Part shown: positions 34,652 to 44,307 of the stretch, in pieces
Layout: each line of letters starts with the position of its first letter
Numbering within the stretch: the stretch's first letter is position 1
Source of the DNA: Rebecca billardiae RCC1528
Taxonomy: Eukaryota > Protista > Haptophyta
Assembly: GCA_965240325.2 (NCBI GenBank)
Contig: OZ251234.1
Span: 124,001-188,000, forward strand
Direction: 5' to 3'
Length of the DNA stretch: 64,000 bases
Translations under genes and position numbers: made by a program
Notes under the pieces: model-generated
What the model was told of the DNA's origin: nothing
The model's input: the letters and a program-made list of their open reading frames with translations, nothing else
Database searches by the model: none

Positions 34652-37219
34652 TTAATCATAGGCATCCGGAGCAGGAATATCCAGGAAATGGATACGCTCC
34701 TTGGGAAATTTGTTGGCTCCCTTGTTTTTGCCTTTGTTGTAATTGTTGGCCTTGGGGCGTAGCTCTGGGTGGAGCTTCCAACACTGCTGGGCAGTATGGT
34801 CCTTGAGACCACAGTGAGTGCACCGTTTGCCGGTGTCCGAGTTATTCGGCCCGCTCTCGCCATTGGCTGGAGCCTTTTGGGCCTGAGCGGCGAAGACTTC
34901 GGCGCCCTCAAAGTCACCGCGTCGCCGCGTGCCTTGCTGATAATCAGCATTTTGGCGTATCTTGGAATAATTTTCGGTCTCTCTCCCCTTGGTATTGTTC
35001 TGATGGAGTAGCTTCATTGAGCCGTGCCGTTTGTAGGCATCTTCCATCTGGGCCATTATCTGGTCAGTGTTATCCACACATTGCTCGGGCGTGAGCGCTC
35101 CGAAGTGCGAGATAACTGACTCGTAGACTTGGGGATGGTCGTGCATGCTGTTATACAGCTTGAAGACCAACATCGTAGCATCGTCCAGATTCCCATATCG
35201 AGATGAGCGGACTTGCTCGACGGATTTCTTGATAATGTCCGATGCGCCAATGGGCGACACCTTTGTCGGGTATAACTTCAGGAATTCATCCCTGAGTTCG
35301 GACATAGTTGTGATCTTGAGCTCGCGCTCAAATATCTGTAGCAGCAGCGCCAGATCCAAGTAGTTCTTGGTCGGATCGCTGATGTGCAGCTTCGATTCCA
35401 GATAGGCGAATAACTGAGGCTCAATAGAGTCCTTCAGCTGCTTGAATATCGCTGCCGCAGATCGATCGTAGACCGATCCGATCTTGTTGGCGTCAGCGTT
35501 GTCAGCCTTGTATGGATCGATTTTGGCTGCGTCTTTCACCCATTTGTCTTTGGCAATGAGTTGAAAGCCGGATAGCTTGCTATCCTTGGGCTCCATTATG
35601 TCAGGTGTGACATCTGAGGATTTGCCCTTGTAGTAGGTGCTCACTTCTGCGAGTGCATCCCGTATCGCGCTGTGTACCGCGCGCTTGGATTTCAGAGCCG
35701 ACTGTGTCAGCTTGTGTGTGGCGGGTGTATCCACTCCTGCCGAGGATTCGCGTGCCATGAACACACGTTCCTTCTTGGTTGGATTAGAGTCTGTGACTCC
35801 TCCTTCGATGACTATCCAGTCACGTTTCTTCGACTCAAGTGCATTGGTCGATGTGTCGCGCGCGCTCTGTGGCGATTCGCGCTCTACCTTCGAGCGAGGA
35901 GTGACCCTCGTCGAGGCTGTGGTGCCTTCTTTGGGCTTCTTCACGCTCGTTCTGTCCAGCGGTGATGCATGTGCATCCGCGGCAGCTTCGGCGGAATACT
36001 CTTCCTTGCAAGAGTGTGGCGTTGTGATGGCTGACGCAGCTGATGCATGCGCACGCGCGTCGCGCTCGCCAACTTGGTTTTGCTGCGGCTTTGCCGTCAA
36101 GCAGGTGTATGATGCCCCCCCTGCATCGCATGCGCTTCCTACGTTCGACGCGAGTCGATACGTGCCAGACGAGGACTCTGCCGTCTCTGCGGCGGTCATC
36201 TCGCGGCTGCTTGTGTCGCTCGTGGCGAGCAGCTCGGCTTCGGAAGCCATCGTGAGGCTGGTAATTTTGGGGTAAACGTATTTGTTTGGGTCAGGCGCAT
36301 CAATAATAAATGCGGCCGCTGACTTGATGCTTGAGCTCGCTGTGACAGAGTCACGTGTCGTAGCATCTTGGAGCATAGTTTGCTCTGCCAGACCATACAG
36401 GTCGTTTGCGTCGCACTCATCGGTGTTAATGTCATCGTTCGATCGGTCAGACTCAGACACAGAGTCGTGCGAGCGAGGCTGCAGACTGACTGCGGTCACG
36501 ACCGCGCTGTCATTGGCGGCGGCCAGAAGGCCAGCACGCCGAGCAGCGTTGGCAGGCTCGAGGGCCTCGACGGTCGGAGCGGCATCAGCGGCAGCAGCGT
36601 CGAGCGCTACATCTGCCCCGGAACGCTCGGTGACCTCGTTCGATGACTCGGAGGCCGCAAGGCACTCCTTGAGCTGCGGGCTCTCAGCCGCGCGCTCTTG
36701 AACCGCGCTCGCGGGCGCAGAGTCCCGGGCGGTAGTTGTTGAGATCCCCTGCGCAACGACGTGCGTGCGGATGGAGTGGCGCGATGGCGGGGGATGCGAG
36801 CGGCAACGCTCCTCCTCACCGCGCTGTGCGCGAACCTCCTCCTCAAGGTGATCCTTGATGTCGGCTCGAGGCCTTGCGTGCGATGCAGCATTGCGCGCAT
36901 ACGACACGATGCTGCCTGAGTTCAGGTCAGCGATGTTGCCAGGCCCGGAGGCGCTGGAGATGGGCTTGCGGAGAAGCGTGAGCTTCTCGCCTTGCCGGTT
37001 CTTCTCAGCCTGCATGCCCCTCAGGGCAGCGGCGAGGTAGTCTGGCGTGCGCTTGCGCGCGATCGCCGATGAGCAGCGCGGCAATGCCGCGCGCTCTGCC
37101 ACGCCTGGCTTCAACCCAATGAGGGGAGCAACTGGGGCGGGCTGATGGCCGTTCACGTCCTTGCCGCTGTTCTCGTCGTCTCCATCCTTGCCCAAGTTCT
37201 CCCAGCACCGTGCTAGCAT
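34652..37219 (-). CDS. gag: Gag-like protein, 855 aa, with long low-complexity N-terminal extension
   Basis: C-terminal CTHCGLKDHTAQQCWKLHPELRPK is a copia-style CX2CX4HX4C knuckle. It is preceded by a helical gag-like region (AIFKQLKDSIEPQLFAYL). No PR/INT/RT/RH motifs follow. Confidence 0.88.
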   Translation of the reverse strand: MLARCWENLGKDGDDENSGKDVNGHQPAPVAPLIGLKPGVAERAALPRCSSAIARKRTPDYLAAALRGMQAEKNRQGEKLTLLRKPISSASGPGNIADLNSGSIVSYARNAASHARPRADIKDHLEEEVRAQRGEEERCRSHPPPSRHSIRTHVVAQGISTTTARDSAPASAVQERAAESPQLKECLAASESSNEVTERSGADVALDAAAADAAPTVEALEPANAARRAGLLAAANDSAVVTAVSLQPRSHDSVSESDRSNDDINTDECDANDLYGLAEQTMLQDATTRDSVTASSSIKSAAAFIIDAPDPNKYVYPKITSLTMASEAELLATSDTSSREMTAAETAESSSGTYRLASNVGSACDAGGASYTCLTAKPQQNQVGERDARAHASAASAITTPHSCKEEYSAEAAADAHASPLDRTSVKKPKEGTTASTRVTPRSKVERESPQSARDTSTNALESKKRDWIVIEGGVTDSNPTKKERVFMARESSAGVDTPATHKLTQSALKSKRAVHSAIRDALAEVSTYYKGKSSDVTPDIMEPKDSKLSGFQLIAKDKWVKDAAKIDPYKADNADANKIGSVYDRSAAAIFKQLKDSIEPQLFAYLESKLHISDPTKNYLDLALLLQIFERELKITTMSELRDEFLKLYPTKVSPIGASDIIKKSVEQVRSSRYGNLDDATMLVFKLYNSMHDHPQVYESVISHFGALTPEQCVDNTDQIMAQMEDAYKRHGSMKLLHQNNTKGRETENYSKIRQNADYQQGTRRRGDFEGAEVFAAQAQKAPANGESGPNNSDTGKRCTHCGLKDHTAQQCWKLHPELRPKANNYNKGKNKGANKFPKERIHFLDIPAPDAYD

Positions 37220-37533
37220 GTCAGGGAACGCGTCTCGAGGCTTGACGGTCGCGAGGTCGTGGACGAGCTTCGGCTCTTTTTTTTGTGGTGGTGAGCTCAG
37301 CGTGTTTTGAGTGATCGGCTCATGTTTCGTTCACGAGTTTCGGAAGCATCTAGAATGCTTCCAGATGCCGCCGCCAGCCATGCTGTCCTGCTGTATTTTA
37401 GGATGAGGTTCAGGTTGATTTTGGAGGATTTTGTGCGAGCGCCGCCGCAGCGGTCGCGCCGCCACTGTGTGACTGCGAGTAAAATGTTGGATTGGAAATT
37501 GGAAATCACTGTAGATTGGCGATTCCTTTGACA
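37219..37533 (-). repeat. 5' LTR
   Basis: Direct repeat of 34072-34386 with TG...CA termini. Confidence 0.96.
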
Positions 37534-37697
37534 CTCAGGAATTGTACGGTCAGCAGTAACGTCCACTGAGTTCGGCGAGGCTCGTGTACTAACAGGGTGA
37601 CACAGTCTTAATGCCATATACTAGGAGGCGGCTCGCCGGCGCAGCGCCACGTCCACGAGCGAGCTCAGCCGGCGCTGCCGCGGCGCGACCGCGGTGC

Positions 37698-38541
37698 TCA
37701 GTGCGCGCCCGACGCGATGGTGGTCAGCGCCTCGAGCGACGCGACGCGCGAGGGCGGCGTCGAGCTCACGTTGAGGTCGTCCCACGTAAGGCCGAGCGCG
37801 TTGAGCGCCTCGAGCGAGGGCGCGCGCGGCACGCCGCGCGCGTCCGCGTCCGCAACCGCCGCCGCGAGGTGCTGCTGCAGCATTTGCCTCGAGTCGGAGC
37901 GCGAGAGCTGCGCGTGCAGCGCCGAGAGCTGCAGCTGCATCGTCTCAGACGACGGGTTGCGCGGCAGGCTGGCGAGCGCGGCGCGCAGCTCGGCGGGCGG
38001 CCCGCTCGCCGGCGCACTCTCGTCCGCATCGTCCGACTCGCCCTCATCGCGCGTCTCCACCGACGCGGCGGCGGCGGCCTCCGCGCCCGCCTTCTCCGTG
38101 ATCGCGCGGCGCAGGTCGCCGAGGACGGACTCGACGAGTCGTTCGCGCCCGTGCTCGCCCAGGCGGCTCATCGCCGGCGTCTGCATCTCCGTGTCCGCGA
38201 GGATCATGAGCTGCTGCGCGAGCTCGCAGATGCGGTCGCGCCGCAGCGCAGCCGTCGACGGGTCGGGGCCGCTGGTGGCGGCGCGCGAGGCCGCGGCGCA
38301 GATCGTCGACATGAGCGCGCCCTGCGGCGGCGCGACCGCCGAGGCGGCGGGCTGCTGCACGTGGCCGTGCGGCGAGGCGCTCGTCGACGGCGCGGCGCTG
38401 GTCGGCACCTGGGCCTGGTGCAGCCCGGCGAGCCCAGCAGCCGCGTGCGGCGCGGCGCTCGTCGCGACGTGCGACGACACGGCGGTGCCCAGGAAGGGCG
38501 ACGCCTGCTGCGGCTGCGGCTGCGGCTGCGGCTGCGGCTGC

Positions 38542-38577
<36 letters not shown>

Positions 38578-39622
38578 GCGAAAAATGCGGCTGCGGCGGC
38601 ATGGTGCGGGTTGAGCTGCGCGCCGAGCAGCGAGGGGAGCGTGCTCGTCGGCAGCCCGCCGATCTGCGAGAGGGCCATGTACGGCGCCTGCTGCGCGCCG
38701 CCCATCGCGCTGCTCATCGCCATCGACGCCGCCGCCATCGACGACGGTGGCATGCCGAGGGTGGCCGTGGCGATGGGGCCGGCGCCGCCGCCGGCGCGGA
38801 GGTGGGGCGAGGCGTAGCTGTGGTGGTGGCTCTCGCCGCCCGCGCGCTCGGTAACCAGGTGCAGCCCGCTCGCCGGCGGCCCGCCGACGAGCTGCGCCGC
38901 GGCCGCCTGCTGCCGCAGCTGCTGCAGCTGCGGGTCGGGCTGCAGCTGCGAGCCGTACAGCCGCATCGGCCCGGGGCCGGCGCTCTCGACCGCGCCCATG
39001 TGCGGCATGCAGGTGGGCACGCCGCCGCTGCCCGCGGCCGCCGCGACGGCCATCGGGTGGTGCGACTGCAGCCGGCGGCGCAGCGAGTGGTACCGGTTCT
39101 TCACGGCGTGGCCGGTGCGGCCAGGCAGCAGGTTCTTGATCTGGGACCACTTCTGCGAGCGGCAACGGGGCAGCGAGCGCGCGCGCGGACGCGGGCGGGT
39201 GAGACGCCGGGTGCGCGGGCGGGCGTGCGATGTGACGCGATGCGGCGCGACGCAACGACGCAAGCGCGCGCCACACGGCGCTCGAACCGCGCCGCGCTCG
39301 CAGGCGCGGTGCGCGGTGCGCGCATGCGGCCGCGCACCTGGCCCATCACGTGCAGCGCCTGGATGATGATGGCGTCCTCCTCGGGAGTCCAGTCGGTCTT
39401 CTTGACGTCGGGCACGAGGTGGTTGTACCACCGCTCGCGGCACTGCCAGTCTTTGCGCGAGCCCATGTGCGACGCGATCAGCGACCACTGCCGCGCGCCG
39501 TACTTGGCCACGACGTCGCGCAGCTGTGCGTCCTCCTCCGCCGTCCACGTGCGGCGGGAGAAGTGCTTGGTGCGGGACTGCGGGTCCATGTCCGCCGCCG
39601 TCGAGTTCTCGGGAGTCAGCAT
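37698..39622 (-). CDS. R2R3-type Myb transcription factor, copy B (with polyQ/QP tract); exons 39622(or 39589)-39338, 39152-37698
   Basis: Near-identical Myb repeats to copy A (KWSQ vs KWCQ; HSLR vs HTLR). Intron 39337-39153. Carries an extra ~110-aa Gln-rich segment. Confidence 0.92.
38505..38576 (-). repeat. (CAG)n/(CAGCCG)n tract encoding polyQ-(QP)n in Myb copy B
   Basis: Direct reading of the ctgctg.../ctgcgg... repeats. Confidence 0.9.
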
Positions 39623-40494
39623 CTCGACGAGAGGCGAGCGGCCTGCTGGCGTCGCGAGCGTGTGTGCGCGCATGCGCGTCAGCCGGCAGTGCGTGCATGC
39701 GTGCGAGAGCGTCGCGCCCACCCGCGCGCGGGCAAGCGCGCGAGCGTGCCCCGCGAGCGCGCGCGGCCGGCTGGGACGGCGAAGAAACGTGCGGTCGCAC
39801 TGTCGGTGCGCGTTCGCTCGCAGAGTTTGGCGAGCTGCGCGGTGGCGCGCACCGGCGTTCAGGCGACAGGCAGCACGCGCGAGCGGTGTTTCGAGCGCGG
39901 AAGGTGGAGTTTGCGGTGAGATCATCATCTGGCTGGAGAGGATTCCAGTAGCTGCGATCTATTGCCGGAGATTCAGAACGGTGAGATCTCCCTCCAGGGA
40001 GATGACTTTTTCGGGAGGGTTTGTGACGGCGCACCGGCGCTGAACGGGGAATTATATTCAACGCCTCTACGATCTGGATGCAATCAGGGGTGAATAGGGC
40101 GAGAAGCGATGTTTTTGTTCGGCGATCCTATTGGCGGTAGGTTTGCGTCTCTCTGGTTCGTCGTTTTTGTATTTAATGAGCCTCCTGAACATTCGGAGAT
40201 GTTCCAGTGCGGTTCAGGTTTTTGCACGGCAAATCCTAGGAAACGCCAACAATTACTACCAAAATGGTCTCTCTGAGCAGTATTGTTGTGCAATGTGCAG
40301 GTACTTTTCACTTTTTTGTAGTGAGCTTTCGTCGATCGAGCACCGGCAAAAACTTCGAAAACGGAGAGCTTTCCGGCGCTCAAGGGTCTTCTTAAAAGGT
40401 GAGATCGCTGATGGGCGCCGATTCACCAATTAATGGACGTCGTTGATCAGGCAGTATGAACTTTCCAGTCATGAGTCGATGTTCGTCTACCCAC

Positions 40495-41590
40495 TCTACC
40501 CAGGACCAGGGGCGCGAAAGGGGGTCGCTCGCTATAATAAAGCCCCACCCGCTCCGGCCAGCATGGCTGCCTGGCCGGCGGCGGCGTGTTCAAGCGAGCC
40601 GTAGGCCGGGAATACACGCGCTGGCGGTGCGGTGTTGGCGGCGCAGGTGGCCTCACAGGTCATCTGCAGGTATGCTCAGAGCCTTAGGACAGCTTGGTGG
40701 CCCGCAACCCCGGCTCCTTGTCGCTGCTTGCCGACTGCAAGCGATCACGCGTCGACCGCGTGTGGTCCCGCGTTGCACGCGGCCCAACGTAGGGTGCTGC
40801 ACATGCCAGCAGATGGTGAAGGGGGGTCGCCCGCCACGCAGACGTCCTCGGAGAGGACGTCGACCCCCGTGCGTCGCCTTGATTGGGCGTTGTCCCGCAA
40901 GGAGTCGCTGATGGCCTGCTGCCCAGAGAGACACGGACAATGTGAAGTTCTAGCCCAAAAGTCGAGATAACATTTTGAAATGCCTACCCCCATATGGTTG
41001 TTCTCGACGTATGTCATTGCATTAGGAAGCACGCAAGCCTGGGCTGGAGAGGTCGGGATCGAGACGACGCACGGGGGTCGACGTCCTCTACTCCGAGGAC
41101 GTCTGCGCGGCGGGCCCGGGGACCCGCCCCTTCACCATCTGCTAGCGCCTAGGCCCTAGCTAGTAGCTAGCATCAGCATGTGATTGTGTGAGTCAAGGCA
41201 CCCCGGCGCTACGTTCCAGCCTTCCAGGCCCGAGAGTTCCCGAGGGCCGCGTGCCGACTGCAGGATTCCGGATTGGCACCGGGTCCGGGCGCCGGCGGTC
41301 GACGGCGACGCGTGATCGCCGTTGCAGTCGGCAAGCAGCGACAAGGAGCCTGGGGTCGGGGAGTGGGGTTGCGGGCCACCAAGCTGTCCTAAGGCTCTGA
41401 GCATACCTGCAGGCGACCCGCGAGGCCACCTGCGCCGCAAAAACCGCACCGCCAGCGCGTGGATTCCCGGCCTCTGGCTCGCTTGAGGCTGAGCACGCCG
41501 CCGCCGGCCAGGCAGCCATGCTCATGCTGGCCGGAGCGGGTGGGGCTTAGCGAGCGACCCCCTTTCGCGCCCTTGGTCAATGGGGGTAGA
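40495..41590. repeat. Long imperfect inverted repeat (foldback 2): arms ~40495-40884 and ~41058-41590
   Basis: For example, TGCAGGTATGCTCAGAGCCTTAGGACAGCTTGGTGGCCCGCAACCCC (left) is the exact reverse complement of GGGGTTGCGGGCCACCAAGCTGTCCTAAGGCTCTGAGCATACCTGCA (right). The right arm carries many small insertions. Confidence 0.92.
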
Positions 41591-41703
41591 TCCATCCGTC
41601 GTACATATTTTGCCACCGACAGCCTGACAGGCCTCGGCTTAGAAGGAGCACTTGCGCGCCAGCGGCAGCGGCAGCGGGCCGTGCGCCGCCTGCTGATGCC
41701 GAC

Positions 41704-43432
41704 TCACAGCAGCTCGTCATCGTCGTCGAGCAGCGCCATCTCCGCCTCGAGCGCCTCCATCTCCGCGGCTGCCTCGGCACGCGCGGCCTCTTCGGCGGCG
41801 GTCGTGCGCCCGGCCACGCCGGCGCCGCCCTGCGGCCGTGCCACCGCTGCGGCGACGCCAGCAGCGGCCGCCGGCGCGGCGCGCTCGTCCTCGCCATCGT
41901 CCATCCCCATCGCGAGCGCCGCTTCGAGCTCGAGCTCGGCCTGCGCGTCTGACGCGCCCATGCCCGCGGCGGGCGGGCCTTCGTCCATATCGTCCGAGTC
42001 GTGCGCCGCGCGTGCGGGCGGCACGCGTGGAGCCGCCTGGCCCCCGGCCGGCGCGGACGACGGCGCGAGTGGCGCGCCGCCCAAACCGCCGCCGAGCGCG
42101 GCCGCGAGGGTCGTCGGCGCCGGCGTGCGCGCGGGCGCGGCCGCTGCCTCGCGCATCAGCTCGTCCTCGATGGCCTCCTCCTCGTCGAGATCCTCCAGGC
42201 CGCCGCGCGCCGCAGCGCCCGCCCTCGCGCCCGAGGCCGCGGCCGCGCCGCCCGCTGCCGCCCCGCCGCGGTGCGCCGCAGCCTCGAGCTCCGCGAGCAG
42301 CTGGTCCTCCGCCTCCTCGTCCTCCTCGAGCGCGCGGCCCTCGCCCGCGCCGCCACCCGCCGCGGGCGCCGAGCGGTGGATCGCGACGCTCGCGCGCCGC
42401 GCGAGTGCGGCCGTGCGCTTCGCCTCGATCGCCGCGCGCTGCTCCGCGCTCAAGCCGCCGCCGCCGCCGCCGTCGCTGCCGTAGCCCGCGCCCCCGCCCG
42501 CCCCGCCGATGGCGCGCGCGTGCTCGTCCTCCTCGTCCGCGTCGCCGAAGCCCAGATCGTCGTGCGCATCCGCGCGGCCGAGCCCCGGGTCACCGGACAG
42601 GATGTCCAGCTCCTCCAGCGAGCGGTTGCCCGTCTCGACGTCCCGCAGGAAGACGAGATGCTCCTGCGCGCCGCGCGCCGCCGCGCGCGTGGGCGGGCGT
42701 GGGCGCGCGAGCGGTGGGGCCGATCAGCGGTCGCGAGGTGCCGCCGCGCGCGGGTGCGGGTGCGCGCGTGCGCGCGCACCCGCACACGCTTGTGCCCGCC
42801 AGCCTTCTCCGTGCGCTCGAGGATCACGCCAAAGTCCATGGCGGGCACCATCTTGTGCGCCCACTCCTTGTACAGGCCGAGGATGCGCCGCAGGTCCTTG
42901 GCCTCGTCGCGGCTGCGCTTGAGCGCGCCCTTGGCGCTCGCGATCGAGTAGAGCTTGCGCAGGCCGTCGGGCCCGCGCAGCACGGCCTCGTCGACCTTGG
43001 GCTGCGGGGCGCGCTTCTTCGCCGCGCGCTTCGGCTGCGCCTCGTCCGGCGCGCCGTGCGCGCCGTCCCCGTCGGCGCCCGCCGCCTCCGCGTCGCCGAG
43101 CTGCTTGGCGTGGCACGCCTCGCACGTGATGCGCTGGCCGGATTCGGCCTCCTTGTTGTACCAGCCCGCGCTGCCGGCGGGCACGTCGGCGCGGCACTGG
43201 TGGCATGTGTTCGCGTACTGCAGCGCCTTGATGAACGTGCCGTTGTCGTGCTGCCTGCGCGCGTGCTGGCCGTCGCGCTGCGCATGGCACGGCGGGCGAC
43301 GGCGCGTCGCGAGCGCACGGGTCAGCTGGTAGGGGCGGCAGGGCGGAGGCGCGGCCGGCCCCATACGCGAGCGGCGGACGGGAGGCGCGCGGCGCGACCC
43401 ACCGCCATCGCCGCTGCCATCGCCGCGGGCAT
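41704..43432 (-). CDS. TIPIN: Replication fork protection subunit TIPIN/Swi3/Csm3; exons 43432-43403, 43277-42780, 42663-41704
   Basis: QPKVDEAVLRGPDGLRKL...EAKDLRRILGLYKEWAHKMVPAMDFGVILERTEKAGGHKRVR is the Swi3 domain. Also present are EQRAAIEAKRTAALARR and an acidic tail. The first exon is less certain. Confidence 0.85.
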
Positions 43433-43611
43433 GCCGCCAAGCTGCTCGCCGCGCGAAGACCAACGCCAAGCACGAGCGTCGATCGATCGATTGAGGCCAA
43501 CCGCCTTTCTACTTCGACTTCAACCCGGGAAGCGGCGGCCGACTGCACCGGATCGGGCTGCGCATCCGGACTCGCCTTTTTGGCGGCTGCCGCGCGCTGC
43601 GACTCGCGGAC

Positions 43612-44307
43612 ATGGAGGCCAGGGTCCGCCGCTGCGCGCCGCGGGCGGGCGTGCGCGTGGTGCTCGCCGGCGACGGGGCGAGCGAGCCAACACATGTGCT
43701 GCGCGCCACAGGCTCATTCCACCGCCCCGTGCTGCCCCCTGCGCGGCCCGCACGCACGCGCAGCCCGCAGCAGCCGATGATCTGCGTACGCGGATGGCGC
43801 ACCTCAAGCACGCGCCGGCGCACCCGGTGGAGCAGATCGATCAGAGCGTATGCGCGTGGCGCGCAGCGCGCACCCGCGCTGCCGCCAGCCCGCCGCCTGC
43901 GCCGCGCCGTGACCCACGCGCGCCCCGCCCTCCGCGCCGCGCGCGCGCGCGCCGCGCAGTGGCGCGAGCGCGAGCTCGACTCAAAGCTGACGATGCTCGG
44001 ACAGGTGTACGGCGCGCACGTGCCGATGCGCAAGCGCATGGAGGCGCAGATTGTGTCCCGCGCCGGCCGGCTGCCCGGCCTGCCCTCGTCCAACCTCGGC
44101 CTCGAGGTCCTCATGAACACGCACGAGGACATCGAGTTTGACGACTTCCTCGGAGAGCCCGCACACGCCGCGGAGGCGATCGACGTGCACCTGGCGATGG
44201 AGAAGCGGCTCGGGATGGACCGCGCGGCGGGGAAGCCGCCGAGCGCGCTGCCGGCCAGCGTGGACGGCTCGCTGCGCGCACACCGCGCCCTCGCCCACGA
44301 CGTGTGA
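43612..44307 (+). CDS. POMP: Proteasome maturation factor UMP1/POMP; exons 43612-43623(or 43650), 43764-43847, 43960-44307
   Basis: HPVEQ motif, then LGQVYGAHVPMRKRMEAQIVSRAGRLPGLPSSNLGLEVLMNTHEDIEFDDFLG and HLAMEKRLG. Confidence 0.9.
   Translation: MEARVRRCAPRAGVRVVLAGDGASEPTHVLRATGSFHRPVLPPARPARTRSPQQPMICVRGWRTSSTRRRTRWSRSIRAYARGAQRAPALPPARRLRRAVTHARPALRAARARAAQWRERELDSKLTMLGQVYGAHVPMRKRMEAQIVSRAGRLPGLPSSNLGLEVLMNTHEDIEFDDFLGEPAHAAEAIDVHLAMEKRLGMDRAAGKPPSALPASVDGSLRAHRALAHDV

Larger units (their letters stand above)
34072..37533 (-). mobile_element. Non-autonomous Ty1/copia-type LTR retrotransposon encoding Gag only (3,462 bp)
   Basis: Two 315-bp direct repeats with TGTCA...TGACA termini. 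5-bp TSD CTCAG at 34067-34071 and 37534-37538. PPT GATTGAGGGGGGG next to the 3' LTR. Single internal ORF with a zinc knuckle. Lower GC than the host genes. Confidence 0.96.

Noticed and set aside
34387-34700. Possible pol via frameshift or readthrough after gag (IHFLD resembles a protease motif start)
   Set aside because: There is no DSG/DTG, and only ~265 bp remain before the LTR.
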